Source: a virus. From it: 64,000 bases of DNA. The notes under the pieces are model-generated. The model searched no databases. It had not been told where the DNA came from and was given only the letters and a program-made list of their open reading frames with translations. Location of the stretch: the IMG/VR virus record IMGVR_UViG_3300030101_003058, positions 1 through 64,000 of that record; one strand, written 5' to 3'. Every line of letters begins with the position of its first letter. Position 1 is the first letter of the stretch. Positions 8,804-17,539 of this stretch are shown piece after piece. The translations under genes were made by a program, and so were the position numbers.

Positions 8804-10516
8804 TTAATAAGTCGGTGTGTCTTCCTCAAGTTCTTTCAAATCATTATCTGTGTTCTCCTCGTGATGTTCTCCTGTTGCTTCATAATACTGACGAAGAATC
8901 TCTTTTGTTGGCTCCAGATACTTCCCTGTGTTGACATCAAAGTATACAGGGAAACGTACAGTGTTACCAAACATTCGATCTTCTAGGATCACAAACCAAG
9001 ACATATTACGAACAACCTGTGGAAGTTCAGGCGACTTGTCTCGCTCGATACCTACCATGTAATAGGTGCTTTCCATCATTGCCCTAGAGCCACGGAACTG
9101 TTCGCTGATCACATGACCACCTTGGCTGTGCGGGGTGCCGTTCTGTGGAGCCTTCAGGTGACAGAAGCAATAGTACGTGAACCCAAGGTCTTTAGACAAC
9201 TTAGAGATCTCGTCAGAGAACCTGCGAAGCTCTACGTCTGTCTCCGATGCTGTCATTCCTGCTGTCAGTCGGGTGATAGGATCAATGAAGATATCTTTTG
9301 CTCCTTGAACTACAACGGCGTATGTGATTGCTTTCTTGAGCTTATCCCAAGATGTAGCGCCGTAGCTATCGTAAGTCAGAACCTTGCCTCTGAGAGACAT
9401 TACACCTTCTTTTAGCTCCTCGTGTGTAAAGTAATTCTCAAGTTCTTCGTCTGGAATCTTGTCGCCTTTGTAGTCAAGCCCTTCTAAATTCACCTTGTCT
9501 GGCTTATGGAACAACTTACCATGACGTTTACCGGCAACTTTCCTGAACGTCATTGCTGGCTTTTCTTCCAGTTTAAATACGCCCACAGGTGTATCTTCGT
9601 TTTCAATGATATAGTCAATAAGTTCATTTACAGCTTCGGATTTGCCTATTTTCACCCCGGCCCCAAAATAATACCCCTCGCCTTCTCTGCGACCGTAGGT
9701 TGCCTTCGTCATAGAGGGCCAAGGCCAACCCTTACCCATCTTTGGAAGTGCCGTAGCCTCGTCAAAAACATCCTCTACGTCCACGAAACCATCTGGCTTG
9801 AATTCAATAGGTTTCATCAGTTGCCAGTAGAGGTCTTTCTTGCGCTTCTTGATCAGATATTCGTTTGGATCATTCAAATCTTTCAAGTCAACTACTTTAG
9901 ATTTTGACAGGAAGATTGCTGTCAGATCTTCAGTGGCTTCTTTGCCTTTCTTTATGCCTTTCTTACGTTCCTCCGGTGTTGCCTCATCGTTATCCATAAC
10001 GAACACAACTTCGCTGTAATTATCCAGAGCTTTCTTGTTGTCAGGATATCCTACGCACTTAGCAGCATTACCTGTGCCTAGTGACAGAGATACCACTTGT
10101 GGATCAAACCCCTTCATATCCGAACCAGAAATAAGCGTCCAGTAGACAGCCATTTGATCAAACTCACCTTCGGCTACATACACACGCTTTCCGGTGACAT
10201 TCTCACGAAACCCAAATAGACGACTCTCTGCACCTACTTTGCCAATCACTGTGAAGTGGTACTTGTCACTCTTGGGCTTAGTAAAGTCTCGCTTCTTATA
10301 GCCTGTAATCTCTCCTTTTTGATTGTGGTACGGGAAATACACAGCTTCAATAGTCTTCCCGTCTTCCTGAGACAGACCTACCTTCACTCCAAACTTCTCA
10401 AGAACTTCTTTAGGAATCCTACGGTCTGGTAGGTTAGCCGAAGGATATTCATTAATCTCTTCCACCGTCTCTTTTGTTTTCGCCACTACAAACTCCTCGT
10501 TAAAGTTATAACCCAT
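8804..10516 (-). CDS. T7 gp4-like primase-helicase (TOPRIM plus SF4 helicase)
   Basis: AEGEFD and MDNDE TOPRIM motifs; GAGVKIGKS Walker A; IFIDPIT; HLK; FRGS; RMFG. Confidence 0.93.
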   Translation of the reverse strand: MGYNFNEEFVVAKTKETVEEINEYPSANLPDRRIPKEVLEKFGVKVGLSQEDGKTIEAVYFPYHNQKGEITGYKKRDFTKPKSDKYHFTVIGKVGAESRLFGFRENVTGKRVYVAEGEFDQMAVYWTLISGSDMKGFDPQVVSLSLGTGNAAKCVGYPDNKKALDNYSEVVFVMDNDEATPEERKKGIKKGKEATEDLTAIFLSKSKVVDLKDLNDPNEYLIKKRKKDLYWQLMKPIEFKPDGFVDVEDVFDEATALPKMGKGWPWPSMTKATYGRREGEGYYFGAGVKIGKSEAVNELIDYIIENEDTPVGVFKLEEKPAMTFRKVAGKRHGKLFHKPDKVNLEGLDYKGDKIPDEELENYFTHEELKEGVMSLRGKVLTYDSYGATSWDKLKKAITYAVVVQGAKDIFIDPITRLTAGMTASETDVELRRFSDEISKLSKDLGFTYYCFCHLKAPQNGTPHSQGGHVISEQFRGSRAMMESTYYMVGIERDKSPELPQVVRNMSWFVILEDRMFGNTVRFPVYFDVNTGKYLEPTKEILRQYYEATGEHHEENTDNDLKELEEDTPTY

Positions 10517-10531
10517 TGCAGTTCCTTGTGT

Positions 10532-10741
10532 TTAATTAACAACCAAAAGTTCCCTAACAACACCCTCAAGCATCTTCTCAGCAGCCTCAAGATAATCATT
10601 AGCTGGACAAATAAGTTGTGCTCCAGATCGCATAACCAACACAGGATGTGCATATTCGTTCCCATCAGATCCCTCAGCCACTCTAAAGTCAATCGCAGAG
10701 ACATCTTCAGGGTTCACATAAATTCCAGCAACTTTCTTCAT
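10532..10741 (-). CDS. Hypothetical protein
   Basis: Tightly packed in the operon with an RBS. Confidence 0.6.
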   Translation of the reverse strand: MKKVAGIYVNPEDVSAIDFRVAEGSDGNEYAHPVLVMRSGAQLICPANDYLEAAEKMLEGVVRELLVVN

Positions 10742-10746
10742 ATACT

Positions 10747-10992
10747 TTAGTCCTCCTCAACAAAATAAACCAAAGAATTCTCAAGCAACGCCCAAGTCAT
10801 AACAAGAACAGTCTTTTGCTCAGTCTCAAGATACTCCGGCCTGCCTGTCTTGAAAACCTTGTCGATTTTCTTCTGCAAATACTCTTGCTCCCCTCGGATT
10901 GTCACTGTGTAACTCACCTGAGTTCCCTTGGGATTATCCTCAGGATCTCTCAAGGTGCTTTGGTGTGTTATTACTAAAGTTTTCTTTGTCAT
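10747..10992 (-). CDS. Hypothetical protein
   Basis: ATGA overlap with the upstream ORF; GAGG RBS. Confidence 0.6.
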   Translation of the reverse strand: MTKKTLVITHQSTLRDPEDNPKGTQVSYTVTIRGEQEYLQKKIDKVFKTGRPEYLETEQKTVLVMTWALLENSLVYFVEED

Positions 10993-11213
10993 ACCTCAAG
11001 TTCCTCCAAAACATCGACAAGTGCTCTTGCACAATCTCGTGCATCAATAGCAATTCCTGTGCGCCACTCGGGATCAAACCCATATTCTCTAGCGTACTCC
11101 GTGTAATTCTGATAACACACAGGAAGCATTTGTTTTGCTATTGATTTAATCTCCCGCCTACGCTTTTGGTAATTCTTGCGTGCAACCTCGTCCATAACAG
11201 CCTCCGTCAGCAA
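10989..11213 (-). CDS. Hypothetical protein (true start may be the internal ATG of MDEVAR)
   Basis: Operon packing; GGAGG precedes the internal ATG. Confidence 0.55.
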   Translation of the reverse strand: MLTEAVMDEVARKNYQKRRREIKSIAKQMLPVCYQNYTEYAREYGFDPEWRTGIAIDARDCARALVDVLEELEV

Positions 11214-11310
11214 ATTTTAGGCAAGTCCCAAGCAATTCTCAAGAACGCTCTGGCTACAAGCCCCGTTACAAGTTTTCAGTATACACTGGATTAGTTCTTG
11301 GTGTCAATCT

Positions 11311-12285
11311 TTAGCCAACACCAGTAACCTTCTCAATCTGCATAAGAATCTTATCCTCAGCACCATCACGAGCACTAGCAATCTCATAGATATCCGCTGT
11401 GTAGTACCCCATGTGATCCCCTCCCCAACTCAAGCGCATCTCACAAAACTCTGTCACATAATCATCAAGCATACGTGTGAGAGTGATGAGTGTGCTCAAG
11501 TCCATTTGTGAGACAGTGAATTGAGAATGTCCGTTAAAAGTCTCAGCACGACTAATGATATGCCAGAGAATGTCTTTGCTGTTAACCATAGGTTCTCCAT
11601 GTTTGTACATACGAACTTCCTCAGAACTATCCACAGAACTCCTAGAAACACCAACACATGTGTGTGCAGCATCTAGAATCTCTTGTGGGCTTCCTGTGCT
11701 CTCTTGTGAGACGCTTTCGACTCCTTCTGGTACGCTAGTAGCCCATGCTTCTGAAACGTGATCAGAGGCTTCTGTAGGCCGTCCTACAAGATGTTTGTGT
11801 GTTTCTACAGTTCCAATATACTTCAGAGCATTATTAAGGTCATAGTTGTAAATAATGATACCATCTTGATCTTGCGCGTGATTGTACCCGCGCCAACCGT
11901 CGGACGTACCTTTATCAGATCTTGTGATCTCAATGATATCACCCTCAGATGATCTATAAGGGCAGGCAAACCCTTCAGAAGAATCGTCATAGACATACCA
12001 AAGCTGCCCTACAGCAAATTCTGTCGGCAAATCTTCAGCTTCTTCTGTAGACTCCTCAGAAAGCACAATACATCCCTCAGCAATATCACTAGAACAAGCC
12101 AAAGTTACAGCAGCACTATTGACTATTCGCATCTTCCAATGGTCATCATCGTGATCTTCCATCTCAATAGCAATCAAAAGATCACCATCACGAACACGAG
12201 CGTATTCATCTGGCAAAAAAACATTAAACTCTTCAGCATCAATCACACGCCACCGTTGACCTGCTTTAAATTCTATTGTGTTCAT
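11311..12285 (-). CDS. Hypothetical acidic multidomain protein with two SH3-like repeats
   Basis: EFKAGQRWRVID and EFAVGQLWYVYD...GD(L/I) repeats; AGGAG RBS. Confidence 0.65.
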   Translation of the reverse strand: MNTIEFKAGQRWRVIDAEEFNVFLPDEYARVRDGDLLIAIEMEDHDDDHWKMRIVNSAAVTLACSSDIAEGCIVLSEESTEEAEDLPTEFAVGQLWYVYDDSSEGFACPYRSSEGDIIEITRSDKGTSDGWRGYNHAQDQDGIIIYNYDLNNALKYIGTVETHKHLVGRPTEASDHVSEAWATSVPEGVESVSQESTGSPQEILDAAHTCVGVSRSSVDSSEEVRMYKHGEPMVNSKDILWHIISRAETFNGHSQFTVSQMDLSTLITLTRMLDDYVTEFCEMRLSWGGDHMGYYTADIYEIASARDGAEDKILMQIEKVTGVG

Positions 12286-12296
12286 TTGTATTCTCC

Positions 12297-12515
12297 TTAA
12301 TCAATGATGAACTTATACTTACTTTTGTTAATCTCTAGATATTCTCTGAACATCTTCTCTTGGTCAGCAGATGGTGAAACACTGCAAGAAATACCATTAA
12401 AACTGTAGGTAACGTAAGCAGCACTTGTGTTCTTTGCGAGTTCTCTTGCATCCACCGCTGCTGTTTTGAAAGATGTTCCCGGCATTATCTCTACGGGTAT
12501 TTTAAGACTGCTCAT
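12297..12515 (-). CDS. Hypothetical protein
   Basis: RBS; ATGA overlap. Confidence 0.6.
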   Translation of the reverse strand: MSSLKIPVEIMPGTSFKTAAVDARELAKNTSAAYVTYSFNGISCSVSPSADQEKMFREYLEINKSKYKFIID

Positions 12516-12823
12516 TTGCTCTCTCCTGTCTTGCCAAACTTACCAGAGCTATCATACACCTCATTCATCCGAAAAAGCAACAGTGCTTGCAAAGAATTCC
12601 AAGCAGAATGTGCAGCTTTATTCTCGATAGCCCATGTGAGCCACCAGAACCCTTTGAATTTATAACGATGTTTCCTGTGAAAATCATTGATCATCTGTTG
12701 AATCACACGAAACTCTGTGTCTGTCTGTGCGATACAGATCTTGTCGTAGATCTCATAGTAGTCATTGATGTATGGCTCACGATCTATCAGGTAATCTTTA
12801 GGCATCTTGTGTCTCCTTTGCAT
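12512..12823 (-). CDS. Hypothetical protein
   Basis: First gene of the leftward operon; AGGAG precedes the internal MPKD start. Confidence 0.6.
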   Translation of the reverse strand: MQRRHKMPKDYLIDREPYINDYYEIYDKICIAQTDTEFRVIQQMINDFHRKHRYKFKGFWWLTWAIENKAAHSAWNSLQALLLFRMNEVYDSSGKFGKTGESK

Positions 12824-12919
12824 ATGCTTCAGTTTCCAACTCTACACCCAAGCACCACCCCTGTCAACACCCTTGAGAGAATCTTTTGTACACACTTGCA
12901 TCTTGTTCATTATTAATGT

Positions 12920-13285
12920 ACAAAGAACTTTCTTGAACAATCTTAGGAAATACCCTTGACGGTTATCAGAAATTCCATTAGACTTAATCAATAGAAGTGT
13001 AGAGAAATGCAGAAAGACACACAAGCAGTACACAAGAATTCAAAAGAGTGTTCTAAAGAGTTCCTTAGAATTCTCCTAAGAAGGGGTGATGAAGGAGGAA
13101 AAGAATCACCCAATCACAGGAATCTTCTAAGGAATACTAAAGAAGGTTCTTGAGGGTGAGAGATTAATTTCCTTTCTCTCCTTGACAAGAGAAACCTTTA
13201 GAACTACCTTAGAATCAACAGAAACGATTAGAGTTGCTTAAGAATGATTAAGAACACTAGAATTTTCTAAAGAATACTTAGGAGG
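12920..13285 (+). repeat. Promoter plus phased-repeat element, copy A (candidate origin)
   Basis: TTGACG-N17-TAGACT at 12956-12984 is 28/29 identical to the inverted copy at 51791-51819; CT(T/A)AG-type motifs recur about every 11 bp. Confidence 0.75.
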
Positions 13286-13289
13286 AACT

Positions 13290-13493
13290 ATGGAAGATGA
13301 TGGTCTTGGTTTGATCGTGCTAGGAATCTTTGCTGTGTTGATGTTCATCAGCATTGTGTTCCTACCTCTGGGAATTCTCTTGTGGTGGCTTGCCTTCGGC
13401 AAGGAGTTTCACAAGCAACACCAGAAAGATCAACAGGAAGCCAGAGAACGATTGATTGCTAGGGGTGTTGTCAAAGCAGATAAGTTCGTGTAG
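13290..13493 (+). CDS. Small membrane protein
   Basis: AGGAGG RBS; long hydrophobic N-terminus. Confidence 0.7.
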   Translation: MEDDGLGLIVLGIFAVLMFISIVFLPLGILLWWLAFGKEFHKQHQKDQQEARERLIARGVVKADKFV

Positions 13494-13548
13494 AGTGTAA
13501 CCTCAGAGATTACCTTGTGGTGGTCGTAAACTGAACAGGAGAATTATT

Positions 13549-13809
13549 ATGTACACAATAGCTAAACTTCTGCAAGAGTACCACAGCAAGCAAAGCAACG
13601 TAGAGCATCTAAGGCTTGGGCAGTGGTTTCTCAATGAGTATGGTTGGAAACTTGGGATCTGTCCTTGGTCCCAATTGTACCACGAAGAGAACCCCGCAGA
13701 ATGTGTCAAGATTATTGATATGTGGCTTAGGGATAATGGGTATCAATTCAAAGGTCTTCCTAATAAGGCTGTACAGAAGCGTACAAGCGATTCTGAAGAG
13801 AGGCAGTAG
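13549..13809 (+). CDS. Hypothetical protein
   Basis: AGGAG RBS; LRLGQWFLN motif. Confidence 0.7.
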   Translation: MYTIAKLLQEYHSKQSNVEHLRLGQWFLNEYGWKLGICPWSQLYHEENPAECVKIIDMWLRDNGYQFKGLPNKAVQKRTSDSEERQ

Positions 13810-13850
13810 GGTAGCTTAGGTTAACCCCAGAAAAGCCCTTGTAGGCTTCG
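13768..13850 (+). repeat. Dispersed ~85-bp repeat, copy 1
   Basis: TACAGAAGC.TACAAG...TAGGGTAGCTTAGG.TAAC...AGAAA.GC...TGTAGGCT; aligns with 34335-34415 (inverted). Confidence 0.75.
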
Positions 13851-13879
13851 TATGGAAGTCTCAGAGGTATTCAGATGAT

Positions 13880-14116
13880 ATGTGGGAGAGTTTTATGAAA
13901 GTTCTCAAGATGGCTCTAGACAAGCAAGACAATGTAACACTGTCGCTATACCAAGTGGATGATCAAGTGTGCCTGAGAAAGTCTCGTGATTCTCAACAAG
14001 AACTTTACAGGCAATACAAAAGTTTGTCAGAGGCTACAAAGGCGTTTGACAGGCAAATCCAAGAGGACTATCGTGTACGTGGGATTTACTACAATGATTT
14101 CTTTGACGAGACATAA
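13880..14116 (+). CDS. Hypothetical early protein
   Basis: RBS; operon packing. Confidence 0.6.
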   Translation: MWESFMKVLKMALDKQDNVTLSLYQVDDQVCLRKSRDSQQELYRQYKSLSEATKAFDRQIQEDYRVRGIYYNDFFDET

Positions 14117-14125
14117 GGAGAACGC

Positions 14126-14407
14126 ATGAGCCACACAGAAGAACTGCGTAAGATTGTCATGGAAGAGATCTTTGATCAGAGGAAAGCACTCCAGATGCTT
14201 GCACACCTAGACAGCATCAAGACAGAAATTGAGCTATCCAAAGTACGTGTGACAGATCGTGAGGACAGGCTACAGGATTCTTTGGTGAAACTTGGGAATG
14301 AATACGAGCAAGCTTTGGATCTGTTGCTTGAGATGTCTAAGGCGATTCATGAAAGCAATCCAGATCATCCAATGATTTCAAAATATCTTCAGTGGATGCA
14401 CAAGTAG
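14126..14407 (+). CDS. Hypothetical coiled-coil protein
   Basis: AAGGAG RBS. Confidence 0.65.
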   Translation: MSHTEELRKIVMEEIFDQRKALQMLAHLDSIKTEIELSKVRVTDREDRLQDSLVKLGNEYEQALDLLLEMSKAIHESNPDHPMISKYLQWMHK

Positions 14408-14410
14408 GTG

Positions 14411-14439
14411 TTGACACGCACAAGGATGTGCTCTAGTAT
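14411..14439 (+). promoter_or_regulatory. sigma70 early promoter with a GGA-loop hairpin in the spacer
   Basis: TTGACA-cGCACAAGGATGTGCtc-TAGTAT. Confidence 0.75.
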
Positions 14440-14472
14440 ATTCAGAGATTCATTACAGACAGGAGAAATAAC

Positions 14473-14739
14473 ATGAGCGATGCAAACGTAGTAGCACGGT
14501 TGATTGATGAAGCTGGTACACGTATGATTTACCTTGAATATGTCAAGAAATCAGGTGAGAAGAGTTCTGGTGTGTTTCATCCGAAGGTTTCTAAGAATCT
14601 TCGTGGGGGTGAAGACTCAACAAAACACATCCCCTACTACCGGAATCTTTTTAACCAATCTAAGGGTAGGTACGCTAAGATTGATATGCGCAAGATTACC
14701 AAAGCACGTATCAATGGTAAAACTTACAAATTTTCGTAG
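14473..14739 (+). CDS. Small SH3/WYL-like protein
   Basis: LEYVKKSGE...FNQSKGRYAKI pattern; AGGAG RBS. Confidence 0.6.
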   Translation: MSDANVVARLIDEAGTRMIYLEYVKKSGEKSSGVFHPKVSKNLRGGEDSTKHIPYYRNLFNQSKGRYAKIDMRKITKARINGKTYKFS

Positions 14740-14748
14740 GAGATCGTT

Positions 14749-15189
14749 ATGAGTAATACGGAAGCATTATTCAAACTTGCATATCTAGTGGACGGTTTTT
14801 TGAGTAGCGAAGCTGAAGGTAACAATGGTGACGCTAAAGAGTGGAAACGGCACATAAACAACTGGATGGAAGAAAACGACTGGCTTCAGTGGCAACAAGC
14901 AGCCCGCGCACCAAAGGCGCAGGGAGTGCCGGAGTCTTTTGGTGACATAGAGTCGGCAGTTGACATGCTTGAGGATTACGCCTCCGCGCTTGCAAACGGG
15001 GATTTAGATGGTGCGGGCCACAGCAGTTATCAGGATATTCACGCAATTGCCGACAATCTCAAGGGGCTAGTGACCGCGCCACCATCCGATAATCCGGGGT
15101 TGGATTGCTGTTGTGGTGAAACCGAAGAGGCGTGGCGGCTGGGCCGTGTTGGGGGCATAGGCGCGCCAGATATGGGATATGGGAGGTGA
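14749..15189 (+). CDS. Hypothetical protein, apparently chimeric
   Basis: AGGAG RBS; composition shifts near 14890. Confidence 0.6.
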   Translation: MSNTEALFKLAYLVDGFLSSEAEGNNGDAKEWKRHINNWMEENDWLQWQQAARAPKAQGVPESFGDIESAVDMLEDYASALANGDLDGAGHSSYQDIHAIADNLKGLVTAPPSDNPGLDCCCGETEEAWRLGRVGGIGAPDMGYGR

Positions 15190-15192
15190 GAA

Positions 15193-15636
15193 GTGAGCAG
15201 GGCCTACAGAAACAGCAGCGATGTGCCGCTTGATGCAATCATTAAAAGGCTTCATGAGCTATCCGATGCGGTAGTCGGAGGGCGGAAAACCCAAGCGCAA
15301 GAGTTCGTGATGCGCGTTCCGGCTGAGTGCGATCATGACGCAGACCTTATTCTTGCCGAGGCTGCCGTGAGGCTGGATGCGCTCAGGAAATATAACGCGG
15401 AGTTGCAGGCTGAGTCCGTTCAGGCGATCGCCAACAAAGTCTGTGGTGATCTGCCGGATGGCTGGGAGATTAACTTGTGCATGGAGAATGGCTCCGGTTG
15501 GGTGGAAGCCATCAAGCCCAGCGGGTACACAATCGAGATTGATGGCGGGGATTTGTCGTTGGTAGAGCAGATCAATGAAGCCATGAGGCAGGCCCTTGAA
15601 AGCCAATCTGACCAACCGGAGAACACCCATGACTAA
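15193..15636 (+). CDS. Hypothetical protein in a GC-richer insert
   Basis: GGAGG RBS before GTG. Confidence 0.65.
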   Translation: MSRAYRNSSDVPLDAIIKRLHELSDAVVGGRKTQAQEFVMRVPAECDHDADLILAEAAVRLDALRKYNAELQAESVQAIANKVCGDLPDGWEINLCMENGSGWVEAIKPSGYTIEIDGGDLSLVEQINEAMRQALESQSDQPENTHD

Positions 15637-15805
15637 CCGATACATCACCGTAAAACTGATTGACCACGACTGCGCAGGCCGCACACCGACTCATGTACTG
15701 GCCTGCTCACATACACGGATGCCTGCTTTCGGAAAGGTGGAGACGTACCGGGTTAGGCGGCGGAGGTATAACGATATTAAAGCCGGTGGTCTGCTGAAAA
15801 ACTAA
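15629..15805 (+). CDS. Small hypothetical protein (MTNRYITV...)
   Basis: GGAG RBS before ATG 15629. Confidence 0.55.
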   Translation: MTNRYITVKLIDHDCAGRTPTHVLACSHTRMPAFGKVETYRVRRRRYNDIKAGGLLKN

Positions 15806-15814
15806 AGCAATCAC

Positions 15815-15843
15815 TAGACAAGCACAAGGATGTGCTGTAGTAT
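15815..15843 (+). promoter_or_regulatory. sigma70 early promoter, near copy of the 14411 promoter
   Basis: TAGACA-aGCACAAGGATGTGCtg-TAGTAT. Confidence 0.7.
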
Positions 15844-15879
15844 TCATAGAAATCCTCAGAGATACACAGGAGCAATCAA

Positions 15880-16305
15880 ATGAAATACGAAATTCTTAGC
15901 TCAGAAAGTCCAAAGCACAATCCTCTGAAACTTTCTGTAGAATTCACACGTAACGATTGGGATACATTTGATGATCCTGATCTTGTGCCTGTGTATACAG
16001 CAGAAATCTATGGATCAGCCTTTGTTGAGCACCAAGAACCACTATCGTTTGCTGATAATCCTGATGATTTCTATGGGTACACAGATGTAGGTGTTGTGCT
16101 GTATCTCATGGAAGTGTTTGACAGCCGAGGTGTTCTTCTGTCATCCTTTGATCTTGAGACATCTTGTGTTGCTGAAGAAGTGCAAGAGATGTTTGAGGAT
16201 CTTGATCTTGAGCATCTTCGTAAGGATATGCAATTGGCTCTAGAAGTCTACGGAAGAACCTACGGATTGTTTGGAGGGAACTATGATGGTGAAACTGGGC
16301 TATAA
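15880..16305 (+). CDS. Acidic hypothetical protein
   Basis: AGGAG RBS. Confidence 0.7.
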   Translation: MKYEILSSESPKHNPLKLSVEFTRNDWDTFDDPDLVPVYTAEIYGSAFVEHQEPLSFADNPDDFYGYTDVGVVLYLMEVFDSRGVLLSSFDLETSCVAEEVQEMFEDLDLEHLRKDMQLALEVYGRTYGLFGGNYDGETGL

Positions 16306-16732
16306 TCTTTTGTGTGCTGTTGTATTGCTGATGACATCTTGTGCGCCTGTTATGGCAGATGATAGCTTTATCCTGCATGTGGGAGGTTGGAGTAAGCACT
16401 GGGGTTTTGACACGAGTAATATCACCAATGAGAATCATAAGGTGCTTGCTGGTGAGTATAGGGGTTATCTTGCTGGATACTTTGAGAACTCTTATGGTAA
16501 CGATTCTTTCATGGTTCTCAAGACTTGGCGTTGGAATATCACAGAGAATATTCACACCTCTGTTGGTGTTGGTGCTAACTATGGCTACACCACCTGTTAT
16601 GGCGAGAATAATTCCAGCAAAAACATTTGCCCCGATGCTGTAGCTGGTGTAGGATACAAAGTAGGTCGAGTTTCTCTCGGAATTAAAGTCAAACCGGGGG
16701 TTGCTATATTTACACCAGAGATTCACTTTTAA
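16271..16732 (+). CDS. Outer-membrane beta-barrel protein, PagP-like family (start probably MMVKL)
   Basis: Signal peptide, amphipathic strands, WSKHW and FENSYG motifs, C-terminal Phe. Confidence 0.65.
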   Translation: MEGTMMVKLGYNLLCAVVLLMTSCAPVMADDSFILHVGGWSKHWGFDTSNITNENHKVLAGEYRGYLAGYFENSYGNDSFMVLKTWRWNITENIHTSVGVGANYGYTTCYGENNSSKNICPDAVAGVGYKVGRVSLGIKVKPGVAIFTPEIHF

Positions 16733-16747
16733 GATAGGAGATTTATT

Positions 16748-16918
16748 ATGAGAATCAATTGGGTGAGTTTATTTATTGGTATTGCTCTGGCTTTATTGGT
16801 ATCATCAGGGCTTGCCGTAGTTACAAGTATGCTTTTTGGGGACAGGGCTGGTGATTTTGTTGGGTTTGTTATAGGATTTATTGGCGGAAGTCTTGCTGTA
16901 CAACTCTCTCGGAGATAA
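16748..16918 (+). CDS. Two-TM small membrane protein (56 aa, missing from the ORF track)
   Basis: AGGAG RBS; MRINWVSLFIGIALALLVSSGLAVVTSMLFGDRAGDFVGFVIGFIGGSLAVQLSRR. Confidence 0.7.
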   Translation: MRINWVSLFIGIALALLVSSGLAVVTSMLFGDRAGDFVGFVIGFIGGSLAVQLSRR

Positions 16919-16929
16919 GGAGAACACTT

Positions 16930-17175
16930 ATGAGCCCAGAAAAGGTTTGTTACGTCAGCATTACTAGTTTTATCTTGGGGATGATTGGTATGGGGTTTGT
17001 AATGGACAATTCTAACAGAGACTTTGGGATTCTACAGAAAAGTTTCAATAAGGCTGAAGAAATCTGTGAGTCTCTTAACAGCACACCGGCTTGGATTGAT
17101 CTTAATGATGAAATCAAGTGTGCTAATGGCGTTGAGGTGAATTATGAAAAATTTGATCTTGGAGAAACCAAATGA
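16930..17175 (+). CDS. Membrane-anchored small protein
   Basis: RBS; N-terminal TM; two Cys in the soluble part. Confidence 0.65.
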   Translation: MSPEKVCYVSITSFILGMIGMGFVMDNSNRDFGILQKSFNKAEEICESLNSTPAWIDLNDEIKCANGVEVNYEKFDLGETK

Positions 17176-17347
17176 GACTCTTCAGAATGTACCTAAAAGG
17201 TGAATGCCTGTGTGAGATGACGACACACAACGCAAGCATCACCATTGAAGATTGCCTTGGGAAAGATAAAGTGGATGAGGTGTTGCACAAGCTATCCAAA
17301 GGTGATACTGTGGATCTCATGAGTAACTGGACGATTAAGGAGAAATT

Positions 17348-17539
17348 GTGATGCAAGCACTTAAGTGTACATCTGTAGACGATCTTGTGTTCTACCTCAC
17401 CGAAGGTAAGTTCTACAGAATCGTCAGGAGATACAGCGATAACACTTGTGACATTCTGGATGATAACGGTGAACGTACATACGTACACATTCCGAATTCT
17501 TGTCATGGAACTTTTGAGATTGTGGAGGCAGACGAATGA
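17348..17539 (+). CDS. Small SH3-like protein (LKC...TEGK.Y family)
   Basis: Paralogous to 18239, 20034 and 32926 ORFs. Confidence 0.65.
   Translation: MMQALKCTSVDDLVFYLTEGKFYRIVRRYSDNTCDILDDNGERTYVHIPNSCHGTFEIVEADE

Noticed and set aside
12920-13285. CRISPR array or IS terminal repeats
   Set aside because: Repeats are short, degenerate and about 11-bp phased with no spacers; no cas or transposase gene seen
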